From NCBI GenBank assembly GCA_029264655.1, contig JARHZY010000163.1, forward strand, positions 1 to 40,786: 40,786 bases of DNA. The letters are read 5' to 3'. Positions 19,238-29,936 of this stretch are shown here, piece by piece. Made by a program: the position numbers and the translations under genes. How positions within the stretch are numbered: the stretch's first letter is position 1; the number at the start of each line of letters is the position of its first letter. The notes below the pieces were generated by a model. The model was not told the DNA's origin. It saw only the letters and a program-made list of their open reading frames with translations, and ran no database searches. The stretch is from Helicobacter sp. (GTDB lineage Bacteria > Campylobacterota > Campylobacteria > Campylobacterales > Helicobacteraceae).

Positions 19238-20544
19238 GAACACACCTCATAATCAAAGGCAAAATTATATTTTCCTATAATATCATATTTTTTTACAACT
19301 ACCCATTGCCCTCTTAGTTGCTTATTTTCATCTACATTTGGTAATAATACTCTATTAAAATATTGATCAAAACCGACAAGATAACTTCCTTGCCCTATAG
19401 AATCATACCCTTGCATAACTTTTTGCCCTTCAATTAAAACATAAAGTGGTGTTGTGCAGTTTTGACGGAATATTTTATTCTTTTCTTGCACTATATATGT
19501 AATCTGCCGCAAACGCTCTTTTGCCACATTACCATTTACTTGTATAAGATTAAGTGTATTTTTTGCAGATTTTGTGCCAGTGCGTGGGCTATATATAAAT
19601 GGATGGATATGTGTCAATGGTAGTTGTTTTAAATGCGAAAGTCCTTCATCAAAAATTTCTTCTGTTTCACCATAATGCCCAACAATATAATCAGTGCCTA
19701 GACTAAACCCTTTTTCTGCGATAGCATGAAAAAGCTCTAGATCGCATCTAAAAGTGTTTTTACGATTCATGATTGTAAGCATAGTTTGACTAGTATGTTG
19801 CAAGGCAATATGTAAATGACGTTCTAATTTTGGTAATTCTAGAATCTCTAAAAACCTTGAATCAATTTGGCTTGGTTCAAGACTACCTAATCGTATGCGT
19901 AAAATCCCCTTAATGTCATGAATTTTTTGTATCAAAGTAGCAATATGCGTATGCGTATCAAGTCCATAACTACCAATATTTGTCCCTGTTAATATTACTT
20001 CAGTAACACCATTTTGTGCTAAAAGTTGTATTTGCTCTAAAATATGTTGTTCTTGAAAACTCCTTGCACTCCCACGCACACTTGGAATAATGCAATAGCT
20101 ACAAGCAAAATTGCAGCCCTCTTGAATCTTAATAAAAGCACGCACTTTTCCTACTACTTTTGGCAAAAGTGTTGAATCAATATGTTTTTGTATTTTTTCT
20201 TTTGGTAAAAAAACACGATTTTTGCTTGATAGAAATGTTTGTATATCTTCTTTGTGGCTATGTGCAAAAATACCATGCACAAGCCCATCATGAAAAAGTT
20301 TAGTGCCTATATGTTTTACTCCACAACCCGTAAAAATGACGCGTTTTCCAGCGTTTGTATATTTACGTGCATACCCACGCACTTCTCTATCTGCTTTGTT
20401 TGTTACTGTGCAAGAATTAATCACAATAGTATCTGCCTCTGTTTCACTAGCAACAATACTATGCTCTTTTATATTACTAATCATAACCTGTGTATCATAA
20501 AGATTACTCCTACAACCAAAGGTTTTAAAATATATTTTTGCCAA
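19234..20544 (-). CDS. mtaB: tRNA t6A37 methylthiotransferase MtaB
   Basis: KTFGCRSN, INSCTVT, KIQEGCNFACSYC radical-SAM motif, RLGSLEP, HPFIYSPRTGT; TTG start at 20544 with AAGGA RBS. Confidence 0.92.
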   Translation of the reverse strand: MAKIYFKTFGCRSNLYDTQVMISNIKEHSIVASETEADTIVINSCTVTNKADREVRGYARKYTNAGKRVIFTGCGVKHIGTKLFHDGLVHGIFAHSHKEDIQTFLSSKNRVFLPKEKIQKHIDSTLLPKVVGKVRAFIKIQEGCNFACSYCIIPSVRGSARSFQEQHILEQIQLLAQNGVTEVILTGTNIGSYGLDTHTHIATLIQKIHDIKGILRIRLGSLEPSQIDSRFLEILELPKLERHLHIALQHTSQTMLTIMNRKNTFRCDLELFHAIAEKGFSLGTDYIVGHYGETEEIFDEGLSHLKQLPLTHIHPFIYSPRTGTKSAKNTLNLIQVNGNVAKERLRQITYIVQEKNKIFRQNCTTPLYVLIEGQKVMQGYDSIGQGSYLVGFDQYFNRVLLPNVDENKQLRGQWVVVKKYDIIGKYNFAFDYEVCS

Positions 20545-20643
20545 GATAATCCTTAAGTTTTTATTTATTATACATAATAGCATACAACAATATATATTAT
20601 CGATGCCTTACGATAAAAATAATCTATAAATAGCAATTAATTC

Positions 20644-23600
20644 TTATTTTTCTCTATCTTGCAAAGCTCTTCTGCCAAGATTCCCATATCTATGAAAAGC
20701 AATGCTTGCAGCACGTTCTGTATGGTAAAATAAAAGTTCAAAATAGCCATTTTTATAGGGTTTATGGTGTGCTATAAGTTTGCCCTTAGCTTTACCTTCT
20801 TGTATAAGCCCCTTATACACAATACTATCCTTATTTGGTGGTAAAAGATAACGAATGAGTTCATATTGCCCCGCATGTTCAATAAAATCCTCTAAGCTTT
20901 GGTATTCGATTGCAATATTATTTAAGTGTAAAGTTTTGATATGTTCTAATATAAAACCTAAAGATTCGTTAATTTCTGTTGCTTTGACACTTATCGTAAG
21001 CTTTGCATTAATTATTTGTGTAGCAGTGATAATACTTAAAATATCGCTTAAAGAATCTTCTTGTCGTGCGCGATAAACTACAGATTGCACAGGTACATAA
21101 TAAAATAGATTATCTTCACCTCTTATATGCACAAAATCTCTTTTTTGTAAAAATTCATTTTCATGAAAATGTGCATAACTTGCTGCCGTTTGTAGAAAAG
21201 CTTGTAATTCCTGTTTCATCTCATTATCTTGCATTGTGTTTATCACATACTGCAATCTATCAATAAATGTATTTCCTTGTTCAAATTGAGATGCTTCTTG
21301 ACTACTTGTATCAATATGTAAAAATTGTGTTATATAGTTATAGCTTCCTGCCTTACGCCCAAAACCAACCGCTGACTTTTTAATCCCACCAAATGCCTGC
21401 CGTAAAACAATTGCTCCTGTTGTGGATTTATTAATATAGAGATTACCTGCTTCAATATGTTTTAGGTAATAATCCCATTCCCTTTCATCAAGGGATTCAA
21501 AACCGCTTGTAAGTCCATATCCAGTTGCATTTGCAATATGAATAGCATGCTCTAAATCTCTTGCACACATGACTGAAAGAATTGGAGTAAAAAATTCATT
21601 TTGGTGTGCATAACTTCCCTCTTTCACACCATATTTAATGCATGGTTGCATAGCGTAGGGATTACTATCTGCAAAACTTGGGGCTAATACCCACTCTTCA
21701 CCATCCTCTAACACTAAACCTTGCTTTACTTTTTCATCTATTGTGCTACTTAAATATCCGAGTTTATTTTTAAAATCAAATGGGTTGCCAACATGCATAC
21801 TTTGGGCAGCATCAATGAGCGTGCGTTTAAAATTTTCATCTTTATACACTTCTTCTTCAAGAATGAGTAATGAAGTAGCACTACATTTTTGTCCTGAATT
21901 TGAAAAAGCTGAATGGATAATATTTTTTACTGCTTGATCTCTATCTGCCATTTTACTCACAATTGTTGCATTTTTACCACCTGTTTCAGCACTTAAAAAG
22001 AGTGTTGGATTCTCCTTTAGAATCTGATAAGCAGTATCCTCGCCTCCTGTCAAAATCGCAAAATCTACTTCTTTTAGTAGAATCTCATTTACATCTTTAC
22101 CACTTGCTGGTAAAAAAACAAGATAATCTTTAGGTAATCCTGCATCATAAAAACATTGCACAAGCATACTGCCTGTGATAGCTGAAATGTTGGAAGGTTT
22201 ATAAACCACCCTATTGCCACTAGCAAGACTAGCAGCAATCCCACCAACAGAAATTGCAACAGGAAAATTCCATGGTGTAATCACAACGCCAATTCCCTTT
22301 GGGCGGAAACTACAATCTTTATGTGTCTGTAATATTTTATGCATACTATGTGGATAGAATCTTAAAAAGTCGATAGCCTCGCTTACTTCCGCATCTGTCT
22401 CAACAAAAGTTTTACCAACCTCAAGTGCAGCAATACCAATTAAATCATTGCGACGTTCTGCTACAATTTCTGCGGTTTTAAGCAAAATTACCCCAAGTTC
22501 CTCAAAGCTTAAATTATTTTTTGGTTCTTTAACATATTGCAATGCCTCTTTGATACTTTTGTTACTTGCCAAATGCACAACGCCAATAATATTATCACTG
22601 CCTTTTTGTGTAATCTCTTTGGGATTATCTTTAGGTGTCTGCTCACCTATAATAGGTGTAACAATGCAAGATTCAATATTTAACCATTTATCCTTAATGG
22701 CATTTGCCCATTGTCTATTTGGCTCTAATATAAAATCAGTATCTGGTTCATTAAAAAATGTATCAAGTGTGGCTGCTTGAGTAAATGGGGATTGCAAACG
22801 ATTTTGTTGTCTATAGCTTGTATCCTGCACACTCTTCATACCCTCTAAAGATTCTAAAAAGATTTGTTCTTGTTGTTTCCATGTTGCAGAGCCCACAGCT
22901 AAATCAAATGCATAACGCATAAAATTATCTTTACCTGTATTTTCATCAAGTCGTCTTACAAGATAAGCAATAGCATTATTGAAATGTGCATCATTGCATA
23001 CAGGTGCATATAAAATTAATTTATTGCGTGTTGCAACCTCAAAGCTAGCCTTCAAATTCATACCTTCAAGCATTTCAAAAGTGAAGCTCTCTTGTGCCCC
23101 TGCTTCTTTAATCCGTGTTATCGCATAAGCAATTTGAAAAATATTATGTGAAGCAATGCCAATATTAATATATTTGAAATGCTCATCTTGCAATATATAA
23201 TCAAGCATTTTATTGTAGTTGGAATCTGTATCTACTTTGCGTCTAAAAGTAGGAAGCTCCCAACCTCTAACGCTTGCAATTGTTTCTTCAGATTCCATAT
23301 TTGCACCTTTTACAATGCGAATCTTAATTGGAGGCTTACCATTCAAAACACGTTCTTTAGAAAATGCTACCAATGTTTTTAAATATTGGTAAGAATCGGG
23401 TAAATATGCCTGCAATACAATGCCTGCCTTAATATCAAATTTCGCAAGAGATTCCATAAAAGATGCAACAGTAAGTTCTAAGTCTTTAAATTCTTCCATA
23501 TCAAGATTAATAAATTTTGGGATACCTGCTTTTTGTTTTTGTTCTGCAATCGCATATAATTTATCTAATCTTTGCACAATTTCATGTTTTGAATATTCAA

Positions 23601-24180
23601 AATCAAGAATATTAATTTGAGAGAAAATAGTTGTAATTTTAATAGAAATATAATTAATATAGCTTGAATTTAGTGCATCTTCATACTTTTGCAAACGATA
23701 ATTTGACTCAAGATTGCCTAAAACCTCTTCCCCAATAAGATTTACATTTAATCCGATACCTTCGCTTTGCCGTTTATCTGCATGTTTTTTTAGAGTAACT
23801 GGAGAATCATCTAACACCATAGCTTTTGTGTCTTTTTTTAAGTTTTTAATAAAAAATGGCACACTTACACATGGCATGCTTTTACCAATACCTAAAAACA
23901 ACTGCAATAATATTTTTTCAAATGGAGAAAAAAAATCAGCAATCCCATATTTTTGCAAAGTATGTGCAATAAGCTCATGTGCCATTGCATTATTCTTTGA
24001 GCGAAAACTTCTATCAAGAAGTTCAATTAACATAATTTTACTGCTTGGATTTTCAAGCATTTTCATCATCTTTTTGCGAAACCTTTTCTCATGGCAACTT
24101 AAATCACTATTAATTTTATTTTGCAATGTCTTTGCTAATTCTAAACTTGCCTCAATCGTTTCTTGCTTGTGAGATTGCAT
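20644..24180 (-). CDS. putA: Bifunctional proline dehydrogenase / P5C dehydrogenase
   Basis: PRODH: NLDMEE, VLQAYL, RIVKGAN, ASHN, YLVRRLDEN; ALDH: ITPWNFP, ETGGKN, SGQKCSA; AAGGAG RBS. Confidence 0.97.
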   Translation of the reverse strand: MQSHKQETIEASLELAKTLQNKINSDLSCHEKRFRKKMMKMLENPSSKIMLIELLDRSFRSKNNAMAHELIAHTLQKYGIADFFSPFEKILLQLFLGIGKSMPCVSVPFFIKNLKKDTKAMVLDDSPVTLKKHADKRQSEGIGLNVNLIGEEVLGNLESNYRLQKYEDALNSSYINYISIKITTIFSQINILDFEYSKHEIVQRLDKLYAIAEQKQKAGIPKFINLDMEEFKDLELTVASFMESLAKFDIKAGIVLQAYLPDSYQYLKTLVAFSKERVLNGKPPIKIRIVKGANMESEETIASVRGWELPTFRRKVDTDSNYNKMLDYILQDEHFKYINIGIASHNIFQIAYAITRIKEAGAQESFTFEMLEGMNLKASFEVATRNKLILYAPVCNDAHFNNAIAYLVRRLDENTGKDNFMRYAFDLAVGSATWKQQEQIFLESLEGMKSVQDTSYRQQNRLQSPFTQAATLDTFFNEPDTDFILEPNRQWANAIKDKWLNIESCIVTPIIGEQTPKDNPKEITQKGSDNIIGVVHLASNKSIKEALQYVKEPKNNLSFEELGVILLKTAEIVAERRNDLIGIAALEVGKTFVETDAEVSEAIDFLRFYPHSMHKILQTHKDCSFRPKGIGVVITPWNFPVAISVGGIAASLASGNRVVYKPSNISAITGSMLVQCFYDAGLPKDYLVFLPASGKDVNEILLKEVDFAILTGGEDTAYQILKENPTLFLSAETGGKNATIVSKMADRDQAVKNIIHSAFSNSGQKCSATSLLILEEEVYKDENFKRTLIDAAQSMHVGNPFDFKNKLGYLSSTIDEKVKQGLVLEDGEEWVLAPSFADSNPYAMQPCIKYGVKEGSYAHQNEFFTPILSVMCARDLEHAIHIANATGYGLTSGFESLDEREWDYYLKHIEAGNLYINKSTTGAIVLRQAFGGIKKSAVGFGRKAGSYNYITQFLHIDTSSQEASQFEQGNTFIDRLQYVINTMQDNEMKQELQAFLQTAASYAHFHENEFLQKRDFVHIRGEDNLFYYVPVQSVVYRARQEDSLSDILSIITATQIINAKLTISVKATEINESLGFILEHIKTLHLNNIAIEYQSLEDFIEHAGQYELIRYLLPPNKDSIVYKGLIQEGKAKGKLIAHHKPYKNGYFELLFYHTERAASIAFHRYGNLGRRALQDREK

Positions 24181-24765
24181 AATGTCTCCTTATAAATAAC
24201 AATAATTTATTATTTTAACTCAAACTTATTCAACAAAGAGTAAAAAATCTACAAAATATACATTTTATTGTGTAAAATTATCATATAAGATTTTATTACT
24301 AAACAAAAACTTTCATTTTTTACCCCATTTTTTCAAAACAAAGCGTGTATGTTAAGTATCTAATACCAATAAAATATAAACTATATATTTTCTTTTAATT
24401 CTATAAAGTAAGTTGTTGTTTTATAGTAAAATAATTATTAGCACGTATTAAAAAAGAGTGTAACCAACTTTTGCTCTATTCAATTTGTTTGTATGTAATT
24501 TAGCATTCTTAACACTTCTAACATAAAACATATAAAAATCACACTAGAAAGTATTTTTTGATACAACAAAAAACTTAGCATATTTATAACAATCTTTAAT
24601 TTTGTGGTATAAAAACATGAAAAGTAAGATTCTGTATTGCTAATACCCTAACAAATCTATACCAATATCTCAAAATATCATAATGCAAAAAATCCTTTAA
24701 AATTTTGCATTATAAAATGTAATTTTGATAATTTTACTTAGTTTATTAGAATTATGTATTAAATA

Positions 24766-25065
24766 CTATGTATTAAAAAAACTATGTAAGCAATCCGCAT
24801 GCAATACGGCTTCAAATTCAATTATTTCATACAAAGCAACACCATGTATGCAAAAAGGATCATCTTTTGCAAATGCAAGCACTTCATCTTTTGTATCAAA
24901 ACGACCTATAATAAGCCCCCCATCTTTTGGATTACGAGGACCAGATGCCAAAAGCTTTCCATTATTATAACCTAATGCCAAATAAGCCCTATGCTCTGCT
25001 AAAAATTGTTCTACTTGCTCAAAAGGTTGCGTGTAATTAACTTTACAAACAAATAATTTTTTCAT
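24766..25065 (-). CDS. YciI family protein
   Basis: EHRAYL, LASGPR, GGLII, DDPF; AGGAG RBS. Confidence 0.88.
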   Translation of the reverse strand: MKKLFVCKVNYTQPFEQVEQFLAEHRAYLALGYNNGKLLASGPRNPKDGGLIIGRFDTKDEVLAFAKDDPFCIHGVALYEIIEFEAVLHADCLHSFFNT

Positions 25066-25089
25066 ATGAATACTCCTAGATTTTAAAAA

Positions 25090-25527
25090 CTAAAAAGGCT
25101 TTATAATAACCAAATATACAATAGCAATCATAAGTAGTGTTGGAATTTCATTAAAAAAACGAAAAAACCTCTCACTTTTATAACATGAGTGTAAAAGTTT
25201 CTTGCGGTAAAAACCACAACAAAAATGATATACTATTAACAATAAAACAAGAGTGAATTTCGCATGTATCCAACCACCACTTTTCATAATACCCGGGATA
25301 GATAATGTAATCAGAGAGCCACTTATAAGCACAGCAATCATAGCGGGATAACCAATAAAATAATATAATTTCTTTTCTTGTATAGCCACAACCTTACGAA
25401 ATGCCACATTATCATATTGTTGTGCATGATAAACAAAGAGACGAGGTAAATAAAAAAGCATAGCCATCCAAGTAATAATAGATACCACATGAAACACTTT
25501 AATATAAGAAAAATAGAGAAAAAGCAT
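25090..25527 (-). CDS. hemJ: Protoporphyrinogen oxidase HemJ
   Basis: HVVSIITWMAMLFYLPRLFVYHA, WIHAK, RFFNEIPT, IIKPF. Confidence 0.95.
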   Translation of the reverse strand: MLFLYFSYIKVFHVVSIITWMAMLFYLPRLFVYHAQQYDNVAFRKVVAIQEKKLYYFIGYPAMIAVLISGSLITLSIPGIMKSGGWIHAKFTLVLLLIVYHFCCGFYRKKLLHSCYKSERFFRFFNEIPTLLMIAIVYLVIIKPF

Positions 25528-25637
25528 TACTCTCCTTTAATAATACGGAAACTTTGCATGTTTATAGCTAGTTTTCGCATTAAAGCAAAAAATTTAAGCT
25601 TAATATTCTAATCAATGAGAGTAAATATATATAAAAT

Positions 25638-25667
25638 AGGCATAATACCCCCCCCTAGTATATGCCT
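25638..25667 (-). terminator. Terminator-like hairpin after ccoG, with a G8 tract in the loop
   Basis: AGGCATA(A)TAC / GTATATGCCT stem around C8 (25648-25655); followed by ATTTT on the minus strand. Confidence 0.6.
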
Positions 25668-27136
25668 TATTTGTTATATTGCATATGCTTTTTACGCAAT
25701 TTCTTTTCAATAGCGGTTTTACTTGGATACATGAAGAATGTATTATATTTAATAGTAATGCCATCTTTATTATCACTAGCATAAGATTTAATTGTAAGTG
25801 GAATATTTCTATCGATATTTACAGAATCATTATAATCGCCTTTAGCACGCAATAATACAACAAGAAACTTCGTGTCATTTGGCTCAATTAAAAATTCTTT
25901 TTTACCTTTATAATCTGGCATGATAATTTCAAATTTATCTGCCATATCACCATCAATTTCAAAAACAAACTTATGAGGTTCTCTATCGATATTTTGCACA
26001 ACAAACTTATATACATTATCAATTGCACCACTATCACGCACAATATATGATTCTGATGTCCGTGTGATATTTAACAACATGCTTTTATGTGTTTTACCAA
26101 CAAAAATTAATAATGAAAAAATTAATGCTAATATTATCATATATGCAATAGTTTTTGTGCGTAAGAGTTTTGGCTTTGTTTTTTGTTCCATAGCATTTGG
26201 GGAACTCCAAGTAACAAGGCTTGGACGATTAAACTTTGCCATAACAGCAGAACACGCATCTACACATTCTAAACAATGAATACATTCAAGTTGCACTCCT
26301 TTACGAATATCAATATGTGTTGGACATACTTTCACGCAACTTTGGCAATTTGTGCATTCATTATGAGGATCTTGTTTTTTGGGAGCAATGCCTATAGCAC
26401 TTCCATTAGGATTATACAGCAAACCACCTCGTTTTGTATCATAAATAGACATTAAAGTATCGTTATCGAAAAATACAGATTGCACACGTGCATAAGGACA
26501 CATATAAATACAAAATTTCTCTGCAATAAAACAAACTTCAATTGTCATAAATGTAGCAACGACAAGCCAAAAGCCAAGTAAAACGCGATGATCAGCAAAA
26601 TCTCTTGCATACACAAAAAAATCTTCTGGTGGCACAAAAAAGAATAAAAAATCTGCAGTGGCAATAAGTGCTATACATGCAAACAACACGATACCTATAA
26701 CATACTTTACTTTTTTTAGTGGTGTGTCAAGCACTAACACTTCTTGTTTATTGGTAATTTTTTTTCGCAAATGTAATAATTTAGTTTGGATTATATCGCG
26801 ATATACAGAGCGAAAGATAGTTTGAGGACAACCCCAGCCACACCAAAAACGTCCTGCCATAACCGTCATAAAAAAAATTCCAACAAAGAGCATCATAAGC
26901 ATAAAAGTCATAACATAAAACTCTTGAATACTATATTCTATGCCCAATACATGCAATACCTTATGATCAAAAGAGAGTAAAAAAATATGATTTTGTGCTT
27001 CTCCTATACGCACAAAGGGAACAATAAGTAACACAATTGTAAGGATAATATATCCAATATGACGTTTTTTACGAAAACTTTCAATATGAGCACCATCTTT
27101 TACCTGAACACTAGAATTTGATGAAGAAGTCTGCAT
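25667..27136 (-). CDS. ccoG: Cytochrome cbb3 oxidase accessory protein CcoG (FixG)
   Basis: GRFWCGWGCPQT, FCIYMCPYARVQS, CTNCQSCVKVCPTHIDIR, ECIHCLECVDAC. Confidence 0.95.
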   Translation of the reverse strand: MQTSSSNSSVQVKDGAHIESFRKKRHIGYIILTIVLLIVPFVRIGEAQNHIFLLSFDHKVLHVLGIEYSIQEFYVMTFMLMMLFVGIFFMTVMAGRFWCGWGCPQTIFRSVYRDIIQTKLLHLRKKITNKQEVLVLDTPLKKVKYVIGIVLFACIALIATADFLFFFVPPEDFFVYARDFADHRVLLGFWLVVATFMTIEVCFIAEKFCIYMCPYARVQSVFFDNDTLMSIYDTKRGGLLYNPNGSAIGIAPKKQDPHNECTNCQSCVKVCPTHIDIRKGVQLECIHCLECVDACSAVMAKFNRPSLVTWSSPNAMEQKTKPKLLRTKTIAYMIILALIFSLLIFVGKTHKSMLLNITRTSESYIVRDSGAIDNVYKFVVQNIDREPHKFVFEIDGDMADKFEIIMPDYKGKKEFLIEPNDTKFLVVLLRAKGDYNDSVNIDRNIPLTIKSYASDNKDGITIKYNTFFMYPSKTAIEKKLRKKHMQYNK

Positions 27137-27281
27137 CGCCTGCTCCTTTGAATACTTTAGTATTCCTAAACTAAAGTTTTGGGTTAAAATTTGGCGAATT
27201 ATACATACTTTAATGTTAAAATTACATTAAAGTGTTAGATTTTGCAACTTTAATAAAGAAATAGTGTCGAAAGGAAATATT

Positions 27282-28889
27282 ATGTTACAGGCAGTGAATG
27301 TGAGCATGCGGTATGCAACAAAAACATTATTTGAAAATATAAATATAAAACTTGATAAAGGCAAGAGGTATGGACTAATTGGAGCAAATGGTGCAGGCAA
27401 ATCAACATTTCTTAAGATTCTAAGTGGTGAGATAGAAGCAAGTGGTGGTGATATTGCATTAAATAATGATTTGCGTCTTGGTGTGCTTAGCCAAAATCAA
27501 TATGCTTTTGAAGATTTAAGTCTTAAAGATGCTGTGCTTATTGGGAATAAAAGGCTTTATGACGCAATAAAAGAAAAAGAAAATTTATATGCAAATGCAG
27601 ATTTAAACGATGAGCAAGTTAATATGCGTTTAAGCGAACTTGAAATGATTTGTGTTGAAGAAGATCCTATGTATGAATGTGAAGTCGTTATTGAAAAAAT
27701 CTTAGAAGACTTGGGCTTTAAGGCAGACATACATAATGAGCTTATGAAAACCTTGACAGGTGGAGATAAATTTAAAATTTTATTAGCACAGGTTTTATTT
27801 CCAAAACCTGATATTTTATTGCTTGATGAACCAACAAATAACCTTGATTTAAGTGCCATTGCATGGCTTGAAGATAATCTAAGGCGGCATGATGGAACAT
27901 TGGTGGTTATTAGCCATGATAGGCATTTTCTTAATGCTGTTTGCACGCATATTTTGGATCTTGACTTCAAAACTTTGCGTGAATTTAGTGGTAATTATGA
28001 TGATTGGTATATTGCAAGCACACTTATTGCAAAACAACAAGAAATGGAACGCAATAAAAAACTCAAAGAAAAAGCAGAATTAGAAGATTTTATAAGACGT
28101 TTTGGTGCAAATGCAAGTAAAGCAAAACAAGCTACATCAAGACAAAAGCAACTTGATAAACTCAATGTTGAAACACTGCAAATATCAAGCCGTAGAGATC
28201 CAAGCATAGCATTTAAAATAAAAAGAAATATTGGCAATGAAGTTTTACAAGTTGAAAATCTTAATCATGCCTATGGGGATTTAGTTATTTTTCAGAATCT
28301 AAATCTTCATGTTTTACCTGGAGATAAAATTGCATTAATCGGTGCAAATGGTGTTGGCAAAACAACATTATGCAAGATTCTAGCCGAGCAGTTACAACAA
28401 GATAGCGGTGTGGTAAAATGGGGGACAACGATTGAAATGGGGTATTTTCCGCAAGATACAAGTGAAATTATTAAGGGTGAGGAAACATTGTATGAATGGT
28501 TGCGTGCATTTGATAAAAGTGTAGATTCTAATGAAGTTAGAACATCGCTTGGACGCATGCTTTTTAGTGGTGAAGAACAAGAAAAGAGTGTTAATGCCTT
28601 AAGTGGTGGTGAAAAACACAGAATCATGCTTTCAAAACTTATGCTTGCAAAAAGTAATTTTTTACTCCTAGATGAGCCAACCAACCATCTTGATTTAGAA
28701 GCTATTATTGCTTTAGGTGAAGCACTCTATAATTATGCAGGTGGTGTAATTTGTGTAAGCCATGATAGAGAACTTATTGGAGCTTATGCTAATAGAATTA
28801 TAGAGCTTGTTGTTGATTCTAAAAGTAATAGCAGGCATATAATTGACTTTCGTGGTAGTTATGAAGAATATTTAGAAACTAAAGTATAA
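27282..28889 (+). CDS. ABC-F family ribosome-associated ATPase (YbiT-like)
   Basis: Two NBDs (GANGAGKST, GANGVGKTT; LLDEPTN; SHDR), inter-domain linker, no TM segments; ATG 27282 with AAGGA RBS. Confidence 0.93.
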   Translation: MLQAVNVSMRYATKTLFENINIKLDKGKRYGLIGANGAGKSTFLKILSGEIEASGGDIALNNDLRLGVLSQNQYAFEDLSLKDAVLIGNKRLYDAIKEKENLYANADLNDEQVNMRLSELEMICVEEDPMYECEVVIEKILEDLGFKADIHNELMKTLTGGDKFKILLAQVLFPKPDILLLDEPTNNLDLSAIAWLEDNLRRHDGTLVVISHDRHFLNAVCTHILDLDFKTLREFSGNYDDWYIASTLIAKQQEMERNKKLKEKAELEDFIRRFGANASKAKQATSRQKQLDKLNVETLQISSRRDPSIAFKIKRNIGNEVLQVENLNHAYGDLVIFQNLNLHVLPGDKIALIGANGVGKTTLCKILAEQLQQDSGVVKWGTTIEMGYFPQDTSEIIKGEETLYEWLRAFDKSVDSNEVRTSLGRMLFSGEEQEKSVNALSGGEKHRIMLSKLMLAKSNFLLLDEPTNHLDLEAIIALGEALYNYAGGVICVSHDRELIGAYANRIIELVVDSKSNSRHIIDFRGSYEEYLETKV

Positions 28890-29105
28890 TGAATAATCCA
28901 CCAATAACTCATATTGAAAAGTTGAGTGATCCCTTGTAACATTCAAGGTTACCATGAAATAGATAAAATACTTTAGCTATACAAAAAACACATTACATTT
29001 ATATAAATATTTTATTTGCATAAAATAAATCTAAAAATAAGAAATATTGAGTGTAATGAAAGATAAATTGCTTTATATTTCTACCTAAACTATATAAAGA
29101 AAATC

Positions 29106-29134
29106 AAATGATATATCGCTATCGTATATCATTT
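29106..29134. repeat. Perfect 10-bp inverted repeat with 9-nt spacer
   Basis: AAATGATATA-tcgctatcg-TATATCATTT. Confidence 0.7.
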
Positions 29135-29936
29135 TAAAAAATATTTGTTCTAACATATAATTTTTCAGTAAGTTTTAATTTGTTATAGCTTATAGCACAT
29201 AACATTTGCAAGTATTATAACAAAACTAAAAATAAAAACATAAATATAATAAAAATCTTAAAAGATTGAGTTTGAATTTTACACTAAGTTGTATAATATT
29301 TGGAGTTACTGCAAAAGTATGTATGTTAGTGTTGGCAGATTCCATAACCATATAAATGCCTTATGCAATAAATACAAATATACTAATAGTGTTATTCATT
29401 TTGTGCAAATGGCTTATACTGCATGATTTTATTATTACGATGAACTTATGTAATGGGTTTATTTGCTGTCAATATTGCAATGTAAATCGCCTTGTATTAA
29501 CTTAATTGTTGGTGCTGATTGGATATATTCAAGCATAATGTAGTAGGGATTTAATCTATTTTTGGAGCTAAGATTGGTGGAAAATGAGCATATTCTACAA
29601 TGCTTAATATAGCTATTAAAAATATGTTTATTTATGTAAAAATTTTGGCAAATAAGCATAAATTACATAGTATTTCATCAATATACTTAACACATGATTG
29701 TAGTATATTAATAAATTACTAGCATATATACCATGATATTCAAAAAAAACTAAATGTTATATATATTTTTTATCGTAAAGTATTATTGCATATTGAATGG
29801 TAAAATAATTTTTGATAACAAATAGATAAAATTTCATATTTTATGGTATTTATTTTTATTGTTTAAAAAAAAATTATAAAAACATATTACAATAGTTGCA
29901 TTTTTAATTAAAATTCTTATTAAGGAGTTTGGAAAT

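Noticed and set aside
28889-28939. 16-codon ORF MNNPPITHIEKLSDPL coupled to the ABC-F stop (TAATG)
   Set aside because: Too short to support; TAATG arises easily in AT-rich DNA.
29106-29134. CIRCE (HrcA) element upstream of htrA
   Set aside because: The N9 spacing matches but the arms do not resemble TTAGCACTC, and it is 800 bp from htrA.
29459-29659. 66-aa minus-strand ORF
   Set aside because: No RBS or recognisable motif; more likely spacer or pseudogene debris.
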